Shown: positions 12,730 through 26,021 of the stretch, one piece after another | Layout: the number at the start of each line of letters is the position of its first letter | How positions within the stretch are numbered: position 1 is the first letter of the stretch | Source: Octopus vulgaris | Lineage: Eukaryota | Reading direction: 5' to 3' | Length of the DNA stretch: 64,000 nt | NCBI GenBank assembly: GCA_951406725.2 | Contig: OX597815.1 | Location: forward strand, 41,726,001 to 41,790,000 | The notes under the pieces: generated by a model | What the model was told of the DNA's origin: nothing | Seen by the model: the letters and a program-made list of their open reading frames with translations, nothing else | The model's database searches: none | Position numbers and translations under genes: made by a program

Positions 12730-13366
12730 TCCAAGGATCGAGGTGTAAGAAAGTTAGCTTCAAGCAACCCGTAGTAGTGGAAACATCTGAAATTACTTTT
12801 GCTTGCCTTCCCTACCACATACCTGGTTGAATCTGGATTTAACCTTGTTGGAACTTTACTTTCCCATAAAAGAATTTGACTGGATGTGACACAACAAGGA
12901 GACTTGCGGCTAAAGCTGACCAGCTTGAAACTGAATGTATCTGCACTAGCTGCATCGCACCAGACACATGGTTCTCATTAAAAGGTTTTATTCTTTTCCT
13001 TTATAATACAATCATTATTTAATTTTGCATCGGTAGTTCTGATCAATGGCTCATTTGGAGAGAATGAAAATCAGTGTAAAAGAAAGCGCAAGTTTCCAGA
13101 AGTTAATCTGTCTGCATAAGAGCTAACGTCAGAATTTTATGGACACAAATATCAAAACCAAACCCACAATGAGGAATTTGTAAACAACTGCATATTTAGT
13201 CCAAGCGGCACCAACAGGGCAACAAATCTACGATATAGGATGTGTCAAATTATACGGGGGGGGGGTTGTCTTGGGGAGGTTGTGTCCGGGTTTTTTTTAC
13301 ACAGGTCGGCGATGGAGCATTTTTGGCCGATATTGCAATTTGATGCGAAAAGTTTGGGAAACACTG
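12730..13366 (+). pseudogene. hAT Charlie/Buster (SCAND3/ZBED5-like) transposase C-terminus plus right TIR
   Basis: LLAFPTTYLVESGFNLV...KRI*LDVTQQGDLRLKLTSL...SHQTHGSH* (stop 12979-12981); TIR GTTTGGGAAACACTG ending 13366 followed by GTCTAAAT. Confidence 0.75.
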
Positions 13367-13758
13367 GTCTAAATATATATATGTATTATGTTACGTATAT
13401 GCATGTAAGCACCCATGTGTATATGAGGATGAGGTTGCGTACACACATATACATGTGTGTATGTATGAGTACGTAGATACATATGTATTTGTGCGTGTGA
13501 ATGTGCATGTATGTATACATGTTTGTACATATGTTGACGTTGTGAACACAAGAGGTCTATGTATTGTGAGAATATGGTTGCGGGTATTTTTTTTCTTTTT
13601 TCTACCTATTAGAGTAACTTCCCTTTTATTAAGAGGCTTTTCATAGCGCCTGTTGCCATTAATAGCCGACGAGAATGTATCGTAGCTCTTCGCTCTGACA
13701 TTCGAAACTCTGAGTACTATAATGACAACTTTTCACTGTTTGTTCTAAATTATAACAT

Positions 13759-13798
<40 letters not shown>

Positions 13799-14022
13799 GT
13801 ATGTATATGTAAGTATGTATGTATGTATTTATGTATCTATCTGTCTATCTGCATGTGTGTGTGTGCGCGTGTGCGTGTATGTGTGCACTGTGTTTCACAT
13901 TGTAACATGTGTTTATTTTGTTTAAAATTTATTTAACGAAATTTCTACAGAATGATGGCAACATTTATATACGTGTGGTATGTAAAAAACGTGATGTTTT
14001 GCACAATTGTAAACAAACCGCC

Positions 14023-14255
14023 GGCGAAAATAAAGAATGCACACACCCGTTGTTTAGGGTTAGGGTTAATATGTACACCTGGTGTTTAGGATTAGGGTGA
14101 GGATTGGGGTTAGGATTAGGGATTTTGTTACGCCAAATATGGGTGGTGTACGTGTTCTTTATCTCTGCCGGGTTAGGGTTTAGGATTATGGTTAGGGTTA
14201 GGTTAGGGCTTTTGTTACGCCGAAAAGGGTGGTGTACATATTCTTTACCTCCGCC
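14023..14255. mobile_element. Short MULE-like MITE containing TTAGGG-like repeats
   Basis: Termini GGCGAAAATAAAGAAT / ATTCTTTACCTCCGCC; 9-bp TSD CAAACCGCC / CAAACTGCC. Confidence 0.75.
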
Positions 14256-14534
14256 CAAACTGCCACCGTTTGCATGATTTCCACGAATTTTCGATGTTCC
14301 AAATTATTAACGAGTAGTTTGATAATTGTGTAATTATAGGTCGTAAATGTGATTTAACTGCTTCAGAGAAATCTGTTATTACTTCTGAACTTGCAGAAGA
14401 TAAATCAACATATGAAATATCTAAAATAAATGGAAGATATCATGAAAGAGACAACAAGAGTCAGTTGAGGGCTGTTTCTCAACCTTCTGCCTCACAAATT
14501 AAGTGCGAAGCTGTAAAGAAGACAAGTCTTACAA

Positions 14535-15240
14535 GTGGAGAACTTTGCCAAGCGCATTGGTGAAACAATTGAATCCAGAACTACACGCTGTCGTCTTCTG
14601 AAAAGGGTCGGTAAACCAGTGACATCAGTTAAAAGGCCCATTTTTAACAAAATACACATACAAAATCGTCAAAATTATGCTGCTTTTGCCTTTGATAGTG
14701 CATGCACCATGAGCGGAAACATTTCAGGCATACAAAAGAGATTAAAATACATGCTCCCTGGTACATATTTTGTACACTGCGAAAACCACTCTCTGAACTT
14801 TGTCCTCCAAAAAGTTGGATTTATGGTTGCCTTGGTCACCGATGCATTGAACTTTGTTCACCAAATCACCATTTTTCTGAAAGCACTTTGGACAAGACTT
14901 TGTGATGAGAATGTATATTGCATCAAGCGAGAGAATATTCAGCATGGAATCAAGTATCCTGACCTCCTAATATGCTGCAAACCCCTTATTTTTGTTCGAA
15001 AAAAGGTGGAGTGGGAAACTGCCCACCCCATCCCAGAATCATTGGAAAATTTTCCCTTTTTTTTTTTTGAAGACTTGACTCCTAACCACAACGATACAGC
15101 ATTGTCTGACACTGTCCTGTAATGCATATACATAAAATATTGTGCAATGAAAAGACGTTGGACATCATCTTGGAAAACTTCATCGCCAAAACGAGCGAGT
15201 ATAAAAAAAAATTTTGGAGTGATTTGAAGCATTACTTTTC
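14535..15240 (+). pseudogene. hAT (ZMYM1-type) transposase remnant
   Basis: FDSACTMSGNISGIQKRL...YFVHCENHSLNFVL (D..A..MSG and C..H motifs); C-terminal MHIHK...LDIILENFIAK; frameshifted and interrupted. Confidence 0.75.
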
Positions 15241-15775
15241 CATGTATAATAATAAAAAATATTATTATATCTGTGTTTGTTTTGATATTGAGATTGAAAA
15301 AAGAGTCAGCCTTGTTTATAAAAAAAATTTGGACATGAGTTCGCACCCACTAAGCAAACATCGTTCTTGGGCCACTGGTATCAACCATCTGAATCAAACA
15401 TTTTTGTGGATTAAATACCAGTTGTACACTGTAATTTAGAGTTTCTTATAGGGAGCAAACCCTTTGGTAGGGTTCTAAAGATAAAAACGCAATGGACAGA
15501 TTGTCATGTATTCACATAATGAAATTAAATCATATATACCACACTTAAAAATGTTTTAACTTCGTCATCAAAGAAGGCAGAATTATTGCCTTGTTAGTAA
15601 AGAGAAGCCACAAAATTTTCTCTACTTCTGGAGTTGATTCAGTAAATTTAAGAACTTGCTCTCGGATATAATCAAAAGGAATCTATTGTGCAACTGATAG
15701 ATTATGCTCACTTCCAATGAAATGGAGCTACAATGACATCAGAAAAAAACAGTATGCTTACACACGTACACTCTT

Positions 15776-16326
15776 GATCTTGTTCCCTCATAATTTTCAG
15801 AAAATTTGATATTTCTTACTGAAATTTTCTATAAATACTTTTCAGATGGTGTAGATTATGATTGTATTTTGTAGATATACGAGAAGTGTACATGCCAACT
15901 ATTTTTGGTATTATGTGATCCTGCACGATTTTCACTAAAAAAAAAAAAGAACTCATATTTTTTGCGTGGAATCAAGTACCCTGACCTCCCAATATGCTGC
16001 AAACCCCTTATTTTTGTTTGGGAAGGGTGGGGATACCGGCCGATGTGATTGATGCCAGTACCATCTGACTGGCCCCCGTGCCAGTGACACTTGAAAAGCT
16101 CCCACTACACTTGCGGAGTGGTTGGCGTTAGGAAGAGCATCCGGCTGTAGAAACCTTGCCAGAACAGACTGGAGCCTTATTGCAGCCTCCTGGCTTGCCA
16201 GTCCTCAGTCAAACCGCCCAGCCCATGCCAGCATGGAAAGCAAACGTTAAATGATGATGATGATATTTAATGATATATATAATTATGATATATTGTTACA
16301 CCATTCAAAGTTTAGATAAACTTCGT

Positions 16327-16357
<31 letters not shown>

Positions 16358-17207
16358 CCCTCTACCCCCATCTCTCTCTCCCCACACACAAAAATGAAAC
16401 TCGTTTCGGTGTCAAAAATTGCAAAGGGAAAATGCTTTAGTTTTTCAAATCTATTCTGCGATCTGGAATTATTATATGTATTATATCCAGTGATTTGAAG
16501 AGGTAGGAAAAAGATATGTTTGTTTTAATATTATACTTTTACTTCGTTTCACACATACATGCAAAAACTCTGCCGTGTTTTATTTTTAGATGAATTTATC
16601 GTTCGTTATTTCTCCACACACTTCGTTATCACTAACTTCTATAAACTCTGCATTTTCACTTATTCATTTCAAACTTCTTTGAATTTTCAATCCAATGTAA
16701 TCCACACTCTCTCGAAAACGTATTTCTGCAAAATGTTATCTAAAGTTATGGGTAAAGAAATAGAAAGAACTATTTGAAAATGGGGGTGGGGTGAAATTTC
16801 TGTGGGTTCCATCCCACCCCACTCTGTTTTCTGAACCCCAAAAAGGCTTTTGTAGCTTATTAAGAAGTCACCGGAATTCATTCAACGCAAAAAAAAAAAA
16901 TTTCCAATGATTAGTGCGGTTTCCCACACTACCTTTTTTCTGAACAAAAATAAGGCGTTTGCAGCATATTGGGAGGTCAGGGTACTTGATTCCATGCAAA
17001 AAATCCGAGTGTTGTTTTTTTTAGTGAAAAGATCGAAAGGATCGAAAATTATCCTTTTTTTTCCGCAACAAATTCCGATATAATTGTACTCTACATCATC
17101 TGAAAGTTGTATGCGGAAAATTTCTTTGGTAAATTTTTACCACCAAAATTTACCATTTCTTTATAAAAAGAGCTATTTTTCTGAAAGTTATGAGGAAACA
17201 AAATCGG
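15776..17207. mobile_element. Long inverted-repeat element (arms ~15776-16037 and ~16917-17207) with an internal RTE-tail SINE at 16040-16265
   Basis: GGAATCAAGTACCCTGACCTCCCAATATGCTGCAAA at ~15968 is reverse-complemented at ~16958-16995; a third copy lies at ~14945. Confidence 0.65.
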
Positions 17208-18717
17208 AAAAACTGCGTTGCCCAGGAAGCATTTAAAAGGTAAATAAAAGTCGTGATTTATTCGACCAAAAAATAAAAATAAAACATTTCTGTAAAGAAA
17301 AAATAAATAGATAAAAAGGTTCTGATTTGAATCATTGTTTCATTGTTCAAAATACCATAATTTTCAGTCGTGAATTAACCTAAGAACAATTTCTTTTAGC
17401 TTGTAATCTTGATAAGTTACATCAAATCTCCGTGTGCAGTTAACAATTTAAACTGATTCTATCTTCAAAACTGCAAATATATAAATATTGTCGGTATTCG
17501 ATGATTCTTGCGTTTTAACATACGTTGCAATTCCATAAACGCCACAGATTGAAAAGATCCAACTGTAATGGCAGGGCTTATGTCTTTTATTTGGTAAGTA
17601 CTTCTCGTTCAGAAATGAAACAAATATGTGTGTGTGTTTCAAAAACTTGCTGGTCTTAGGGGCTCCTTAAAAAATCCACTCACATTGTGTATTTATAGAG
17701 ATAACTATCTATAATCGAATTGTTGTTTAGTGCCAGATCGGCTCTGATTGAGCAGACCCACAGCCAATAGTATTCAAGCCATTGTAATTCCTTCTTTTCA
17801 GGTATAGTTTATCTCAGACCACATTATTCAATGTATACCTATTTCTTTACTTCTCACAAGGGGCTAAATACAGAGAGGACAAGCAAGGACAGACAAACGG
17901 ATTAAGTCGATTATATTGACTCCAGTGCGTAACTGGTACTTATTTAATCGACCCCCGAAAGGATGAAAAGCAAAGTCGACCTCGGCAGAATATTTTCAAT
18001 GTATACCTTTTAGAGACAGCCGGATGTGATTTGAGATGAATTTGGCTGTTACTTCTTGCGAGTAGAGCGACTACAAAGGAACTCCACATTGGAAGTCTAA
18101 ATAAAGAAAACAATAGGTTGTTACGTCCTGATCAATGTTAGTAAGGTTCGTTCAGCAATTTCATTAATTCTTATGGTGACCTTAGAAAAATGCTGACAAG
18201 AAACAAACACGCATTCGATAGCTGAGAGGCAGGGATTGCCAAAATATTTTATTTTCCGCAACTGTTGATGTCGGACTTTTGGAACACTTGTCACTACTTT
18301 TGTGGGAAGGAAAAAAAAAATGGGACTGGAAGACAAAGAAAGATGTAGATAAAAAAACATAGATTTTAAAAACTTCAGACTCGTAAATCTCGTTGTATTG
18401 AAGAAAGGAATGTTAAAAACACGAAGGTAAATTTTTTTTTTTTTAAATGAAATAAAACAAAACAAAACAGAAATAACTGCACAACTCCTTGTCTTTTTCC
18501 CTTCCCCATATAACACTGCTCTACCATCTTTCTTTCATTCATCACTAAAGGGGTGAAAGCTAAATGTTGCCGTTTTTTTTTTTTGTCCCCAGGGTGTATG
18601 AATGAGCAAGTGTGAATATGAAAACATGTATACAAAGGGAACGTATAATACCATAAAGTATTGAAGTTTTCAATGCGAAATTATATGTATTCTGTCAATA
18701 TGTAATAGTTCTTTGTA

Positions 18718-19370
18718 GTATAGGCACACGGCCTGGAATTTTTGTGGGGGTAGGAGACTCGTCGCTTATATCGACCCCAGGCTCAACTGGTACTTATTTT
18801 TCCATACTAGTGTAGGTTTTTTTTTCTTCGACTTTTTATTTTTTTGTTAACGAAAATCTTTATTGAAAATACTAATCTGATATAATGCCGTTTATATAGA
18901 GAGAGATATGGCGATCATTCAGTACTATTAACATAACTGTCACTTATAAACCCACGTGGGTTTATTTACATTTCCGAAGAAAAAATATACACTCCCACCA
19001 CCACCACCACCCCTAACCCCACATATATAAAAAAATAAAAATTTTACGGAAAGTGGCGATCTTCTTCTTCAAATGTAAACAAATACACGTAAATGGGACT
19101 CATATCGAAAGAATGCCTTAACACGTACAAAACTACATTAAAATACAAATCTAAAACTGAAGAAAACAAAAACACGAGCGAAGAAAGCAAAAAAGGAAGA
19201 AAAAAACGAAGAAAGGAAAAAAAACTTATTCGATCGATCCCGAAAGGATAAAAGACAATGTCAACCTTGGCAAAATTTGAACTCAGAACATAAAGAGAGA
19301 CAATTGCAAAACAAGATGCTTAGTGACATTTTGTCCAACATGCTCATCATTCTGACAGCTCACTGGCTTA
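18718..19370 (-). mobile_element. Family-B SINE split by a ~430-bp insertion
   Basis: GACCCCAG..CAACTGGTACTTATTTT resumes at ~19232 as GATCCCGAAAGGATAAAAGACAA...TTTGAACTCAGAAC. Confidence 0.6.
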
Positions 19371-19371
19371 T

Positions 19372-19753
19372 GGAAGCACTCCGTCAGTTACGACGATGAG
19401 GGTTCCGGTTGATCCGAATCAACAGAACAGCCTGCTCGTGAAATTAACGTGTAAGTGGCTGAGCACTCCACAGACACGTGTACTCTTAACGTAGTTCTCG
19501 GGGATATTCAGCATGACACAGAGTGACAAGGCCGGCCCTTTGAAATACAGGTACAACAGAAACAGGAAGTAAGAGTGAGAGAAAGTTGTGTGAAAGAGTA
19601 CAGCAGGGATCACCACCATCCCCTGCCGGAGCCTCGTGGAGCTTTAGGTGTTTTCGCTCAATAAACACTCACAACACCCGGTCTGGGAATCGAAACCGCA
19701 ATCCTATGACCGCGAGTCCGCTGCCCTAACCAATGGGCCATTGCGCCTCCACA
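19372..19753 (-). mobile_element. Young tRNA(Arg)-derived SINE (octopus OR-like)
   Basis: Head GGAGGCGCAATGGCCCATTGGTTAGGGCAGCGGACTCGCGG...GGTTTCGATTCCC; perfect 13-bp TSD CTCACTGGCTTAT. Confidence 0.88.
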
Positions 19754-20270
19754 CTCACTGGCTTATAGTCCATATGTAATAAGGCAGAAATAAATTTTGT
19801 ACTCTCACACACCTGAAGTAGTAATTGAAATTTTAAGGTGGCCTCTGTATCTGAAATTACTAATTAAAATTAGAAATTGTGCTTATTTGTAATTTCATTG
19901 GCACCAAACAAGTGTAATTGGTTAATAAATAAGAATTCAATCCAACAACCCCAACTGGTTATTATATCATATCTTGAGGTAGAAGATGTCAGAATTAATC
20001 AGGCACAGACGTGGCTGTGTGGTAAGAAGTTTGCTTCCCAACCACACCACATAGTTGTCACGTGTGTGTGTCTGAGGATGTTCTCCATCATCACTTGACA
20101 ATTAGTGTTGTGCTTACGTCTCTGTAGCCTAGCAGTTCAGCAAAAGAGGTCAATAGAATAAGTACTTCACAAAAAAGCACTGGGATCAATTCATTCAATT
20201 ATAAATTCTTCAAGGCAGTGCTCCAGCATGGCCACAGCCTAATGACTGAAACAAGTAAAAGACAAACACA

Positions 20271-20302
<32 letters not shown>

Positions 20303-20478
20303 GATAGATATATGACAGGCTTCTTTCAGTTTCCGTCTACCAAATCCACTCACAAGGCTTTGGTTAGCCCAAGACTATAGTAGAAGATACATACCCAAGG
20401 TGCCATGCAGTGGAACTGAACCCAAAACCATGTCGTTGGGAAGCAAGCTTCTTACCACACAGCCATGCCTGCACCTAT

Positions 20479-21273
20479 CAATGGTTCTCAACCATTTCTT
20501 ACCGATGGCCCACTTTAATTACTACTTTAATCTGGTGGACCCCCATAGCCTCTCGATGTTTAAAAGCTAGTTTTATAGATACCATAAATCCTCGAGTATA
20601 GTCCACTCTTGAGTATAATACGCAGGGGATTTTTCGGGGGCTGTACCTCTGAAAAACCTAAACCTTGTGTATAATATGCACCCCTTTTCTAACTTGAGTC
20701 AAGGAGGTCTATATAACGTCCTTGGTTTGTAAAAATGTATATGGTAACGTTCTTTATTATTATTGTATAAAACATAATGCAAACGTGTAACTTTTTTGTG
20801 CATTTTGTTTGCAGAAAATAAAGAAATAACAGTAATAAAGTTTAATAAATGTTGCTTACTGCAAGTTATGGAAGATTCTTTTATGACTTCATTGCTTTCA
20901 GGCTTAGCTTAAGGTATCTTCGCACCTGACATCACAAAATGCGTCTGAATAAACATTGCCGGACAGCTTAGAAAATATTTTTCATTTTTAACCTCGTATA
21001 TAGTACATGCGGATTATACTCAAGGATTTATGGTACTTCTTTCAAAATTCCTATTTTGCTTTTCAAACATTAACTTGTATAGGTTGAACTATGTGAAACA
21101 TTTTCGAAAGAAAACTAGCTGTTTCTTCCAATAAATACATCTAAATCAATATTCTTTCATGGACACTTAATATACTACTGCATACACCTAATTTACTATC
21201 TTGCTTGCTTGGATCTCTAAAAATCTTATAATGATCCTCCAGGGGTCATATGGATCCCAGTTGAGAACTGCTG
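20479..21273. mobile_element. hAT (Charlie/MER5-like) MITE hosting a Tc2-like MITE
   Basis: TIRs CAATGGTTCTCAAC / GTTGAGAACTGCTG. Confidence 0.65.
20582..21033. mobile_element. Tc1/mariner (Tc2-like) MITE
   Basis: TA|CCATAAATCCTCGAGTATAGTCC ... GGATTATACTCAAGGATTTATGG|TA; second copy at 34221-34730. Confidence 0.8.
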
Positions 21274-21836
21274 ATATAGAGTGACTCTGAAAGCACTTGG
21301 CCTCCTGGTTAGGATGTTGCACTCATGATTGTAAGAATATTCCTTAGATTAGTGGATAAACACTTCTCACAGTTACATAGATACAGGAATTTGTTTAATA
21401 GACACAACTTAAAGGTCTCTTTCAACTGTGCATACAACATTAAAAAGTACTAGTGAGCACCTCTAAACCACATGCAAAGGCTGGATGATCATACAGGGAT
21501 AACAATGAGTGGCAAGTGGGGTGGGGGGTGTCAATACAACTCCAAAGGTGTAGTGTGTGGGTCTGAGGTGCTTCTGGCAATTTAAGTAGCAGCATTGGTA
21601 GCAATAACAGCAATGTACCAACAACACAGCTGCCAATAACAACAACAGCAACAGCAATTGCAATGGAAGTAGTAGTGGTGACAATTACACTGGCTGAACA
21701 TTAAGCAGCAGCATCAGCTATAGCAGTAATAACAACAGCATCAACAATGCATCCAGCAATGTTGGGAACTGTGGCACAAGCAACATGTCCAGCAATAACA
21801 GCAACAATGGCAGCAATACCAGCAGCAGCACCAACA

Positions 21837-22207
21837 GGAGGCGCAATGGCCCAGTGGTTAGGGCAGCGGACTCGCGGTCGGAGGATCGCGGTTTCGATTC
21901 TCAGACCAGGCATTGTGTGTGTTTATTGAGCAAAAACACCTAAAGCTCCACGAGGCTCCGGCAGGGGGTGGTGGTGACTCCTGTTGTACTTTTTCACTCC
22001 AACTTTCTCTCACTCTTTTTTCCTGTTTCTTATCCTCGACTTCCTACGCAACTGCTGAGCCTGGATGCACATCCATCCATCCGTCAATGCTCTCGGTGTC
22101 GGGGGTTAACCTGCTTTCTCTTCTGCGGGTCATACGAATAGCAAAGGACCACGTTTTGGACTTCTCCCGCTCTGGGACGAAGACCACTTCGCTCAACAAA
22201 CAAACAA
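21837..22207 (+). mobile_element. tRNA(Arg)-derived SINE, same head as 19372 but a different 3' tail, (CAAA)n end
   Basis: 13-bp TSD AGCAGCACCAACA / AGCAGCACCAGCA; inserted in a degenerate (CAG/CAA)n tract. Confidence 0.85.
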
Positions 22208-22439
22208 AGCAGCACCAGCAATGGGTCTGGCAACAACAGTAGTTGTAACAACACCAGCACAAGGGCACAGACACACTGCCCATTTAAACAGTCAAAGGTC
22301 TTCCTTTAGGATATCAGAGGGGCACAACAACACAGCATATCCCTGGCCAGTTACATATGGTGTTTAAAAAAGGAGGGTACAGCATACATAATTAAATGGA
22401 AGCTCCTAAAACAACCAGGGCCATACATCAATGGGAACA

Positions 22440-24640
22440 AATGATGTAAACTTTGCTTGGCCAAAAGAGCAAGAATCTTGAAAAACTCACTTGACCTGGG
22501 GACATTTTTAAACTCCATAAAAGAGGTGTTTAGCCAGTGACCTCTTCAGAAGAAATACTTGTTCAAAATATTGGAATTTGCTGATTGCCAACTAGTGAAA
22601 TGCTGCCATCGTCAACTATCTTTGGTAACTGGAACCAATCTAAGTGGGATAACTCTATCTTGCCCAAGGTTTTGTCAGCAGAGTTTCCCATATTCAGAAG
22701 CATCAAAAACTACAATCTCTGCTGCAAGATTGAAATGAGCCAACGACAAACCCGATATTAATATTTTTTTAAATATCGTCAAATACATTTTGACAATTTT
22801 TTGACCAATTCCATTGTATATCCTTTTTTTTTTTAGCAAATTATTCAGTGGAACTCTCAAATTATACATGTTTGATATGTAGTTTTGATAATTCACTAGA
22901 CCTATAAAAGCTTGTAAGGTTGTTATATTAGTCAGAGGAGGCATACCAATAATTGCCTCTACCCTCGATGGGTTCAGTTATCTTCCATTTCTATCAATAA
23001 TTTATCCTAAATACTTAATTTTAGGCAAAAAAAAAAGAATTCACATTTCTCCTCACTCAGTGTGAAACCATAATCTCCTTATTTTTCAAAAATACAATTT
23101 ACATATTCGACATGCTGATCACGAGATTCACTTAATCAATACATCATCCAGGTATGGAATTGCAAATTTACAGTCTGCTAACATTGCATGCATAACCTGT
23201 TGAAAAATTGCAGGTGCAACCTTTAGACCAAATAGCAATCTGTTATATTTATATAGTCCTTTATGCGTATTCAGTTAGAAATTTTGAGCATTCCTCATCT
23301 ACTTTAATCTGTAGGTACACATCAGACAGATCCAGTTTCGAAAATATCTTGTGACTGTTTAATTTTGTGAAAATATGCCCCAGAGTTGGTAGTGAATAGT
23401 GACACATTTTTAGACAGTTGGTCAAACAAGTAGAAAAATTGGCACGCATCCTGATTTTTATATTCTTTTTAATACAAAAAATTGGTGCTGCCCATTTAGA
23501 ATAATCCACTTTTTGAATAACTCTAATTTTTTTCTAGTTTGTCTAATTCTTCCTCTATTTGTTTTATCACAGCAAAAGGTACCATTCTATTGGGTTTGAA
23601 CATAGGTACAACATTTTCATTTATTTGAAAACACACCTCAGTCAGAGACCTAATTTATCCAACAGTACTTCAGGGAACAAGTTTAAAAATTTTTTCTTCA
23701 ATTCATTTGATAAGTTATTTTTACTGGTGGAACAGCCATTTATTTTTTTTTACAGTACAGACTTATGGGGAGGTCCCATAGATCAAACAATTTCGTCCAG
23801 TCCATACCAAACAGATCGGTTGCATTTTAAACATCAAAACCTTTGCTCTACAGGTTTTACCACAAAATGTAATATCGCTCCAAATTTCACCTATGATGTG
23901 TAGTTTTTCACCTGTCATGCTTCATGCAATTTTTGATGTTTTTCATAATGTAGGTTTCCCAATTCTTTTCCATGTGTCAGTTTCAATAATCAAAATGTTG
24001 CTACCAGTATCTAGTTGTAATTTAATATTCACTTTGTTTACTTTTACATGTACAAATTTCCTCTTTTTGGTATGATTTCTACTTTCCATTGAGAGAACTT
24101 CAGAATTTTTTATGTTCAACCTTCCTAATTTTGCTCTACAATGTGATTTCTTGTGTCCTATTTTTTTGGCAACTAATATTTGCATGTTTTGAAAGGACAG
24201 TCCTTCCTGAAATGTAGGCCTCTGCATCTGTAGCATGGGTGTGGTCCTAACATTTTTTTGTTTATTCCTTTCTGATTGACATGCCTGTACTCTTCAATTA
24301 TTTTTATGTCCTGACAAGTTTACCATTCTTTGACACTCCTCTACAACTGTCTGCAGGGTTAAACTCTGGTCTGCTTGTTCGAGTTTTGTGAGAATTCTTG
24401 TAAGTGCCTCTGCATCTTTGTTTGCTCTAAGCCCTTGTACCAAATGAGGCACTTAAACATATTAAGAATTAGTTCCTTCAGTTTAAATCTTTTGCACATT
24501 CTGTTTATGTGACAAAGTCTTCATCCTCTTTTTTAACTAGATTCCAACTCTCTCATCAAGTGTTAAATAGGGAACTTTTATCATTGAACATTTTTAATAG
24601 TAATTCAACTGTTTCCTAGAAATAAATTTTACTATTTTTT
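22440..24640 (-). pseudogene. Ty3/Gypsy LTR-retrotransposon gag-pol remnant (protease, RT, RNase H)
   Basis: IKLQLDTGS (protease), YSKWAAPI...FSKLDLSDVYLQI and YLDDV (RT), DASEYG (RNase H); many stops and frameshifts. Confidence 0.88.
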
Positions 24641-25710
24641 GGGGGTAGTATTGATATTGTGTTTGTTATTCCCATTTGCAACTGCTTCACTCTAAGTCAT
24701 ATTGTGCATAAATAATAAATGCCATATTGTTAGCTAACCTTTAATAATTTCCCTATGTTTATCCCTAGTGAATTTCACTTGTTGATATCATTCGAAATAA
24801 TTGGACTCACTTTTTTTATTAATTAAATATGCGATCAGTGCTCCTCTACCTTAAACTTATTGAACATTGTACCCTAAGCTCCCTTACAACACTGTTATAC
24901 TAGTACCCTTAAATCTATCTACTCAATATGCTTAGAATCTTTGTTCTCAGAGATATAGTTTGGATTCTCACTGACCACCCTCTTTTTATTAACTTTCACT
25001 TTCACTTTGTGTAACTAAATAAAAAATCCCCATTCTATTTAATCTTTTGATATCAATCTGCCTGAGACTGTCCCCAGTTCTATAATACAAACTTTCTATT
25101 TTAGAGCAATCTAAATTAAAACCTTTCATCAAAATTACATGTTAATTTCTATTCCAGTTACTACTCTTTTACATGTGTCAGTCATTTGACTGCAGCCATG
25201 CTGGAGCACCACCTTTAGTCGAGCCAGTCGACCCCAAGACTTATTCTTTGAAAGCCTAGTACTTATTCTATTGGTCTCTTTTGCCGAACTGCTAAGTTAT
25301 GGGGATGTAAACACACCACCATCAGTTGCCAAGCGATGTTGGGGGGGGGGGGCAAACACAGACACACAAACACCAAGTTATTTTACTAAATTCTTCTTTA
25401 TTTTGCAAATTGATTGAAACTAAAGTTGTGTATCTCAATAGAAATATGGTAATGAAAAGGTTAAAATAAAACACAAATTTATTCAATTTTAGTTTACTGA
25501 AAAGAAATAAAATCTAGATCGGCTGTTGATTCAAAAACAACTACAGTCTAAAAAAATCTGTCTTTCCCTTTCTTACCAGCAACACTTGAAAATATGCAAT
25601 ATGACCAAATATCACACTCAACAACATAATCACACTACACATAGAAAACTAAAATACAAAGGGTTACAATATTCATACAAAAAGAGGAGGTAAAGACAAC
25701 AAAGTCAAAA

Positions 25711-26021
25711 AACAGCACAGCTCCCATGACTTTCGGAAACATCTTTTTCACGCTAAGAGTTTCTGAAGTATGGAACAAACTACCGGCATCAGTTGTTAGT
25801 TGTCAGAGCATTGCATCCTTCAAAACTTCCATGCTTCCTGAGATTCGCCAACACTACACCTGATTTTCTCCCTTCCATACACACACAAGCATGTATCTGA
25901 CTCATACACTGTTCACTTCCCAGACATTTGTACATTAATGCATATGCTTTATACACACTTTTGACAAGTTGTAGTGCACCTGAACACTGTATACAATAAT
26001 TTCATTATTATTATTATTATT
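25711..26021 (+). mobile_element. CR1 LINE 3' end (same family as 8966-9500)
   Basis: CAGCACAGCTCCCATGACTTTCGGAAAC...TTGTAGTGCACCTGAACACTGTATACAATAATTTC(ATT)n. Confidence 0.8.

Larger units (their letters stand above)
12133..15377 (+). mobile_element. Degenerate hAT (ZMYM1-like) DNA transposon with nested insertions
   Basis: TIRs CAAGGGCCCAGGAA / TTCTTGGGCCACTG; 8-bp TSD GTATCGAT / GTATCAAC; internal transposase pieces. Confidence 0.7.

Noticed and set aside
21580-21836. Poly-Q/poly-A coding exon
   Set aside because: Degenerate CAG/CAA tract with stops, interrupted by a SINE, no splice support
21837-21915. tRNA-Arg gene
   Set aside because: It is a SINE head, followed by body, tail and TSD; the acceptor stem does not pair
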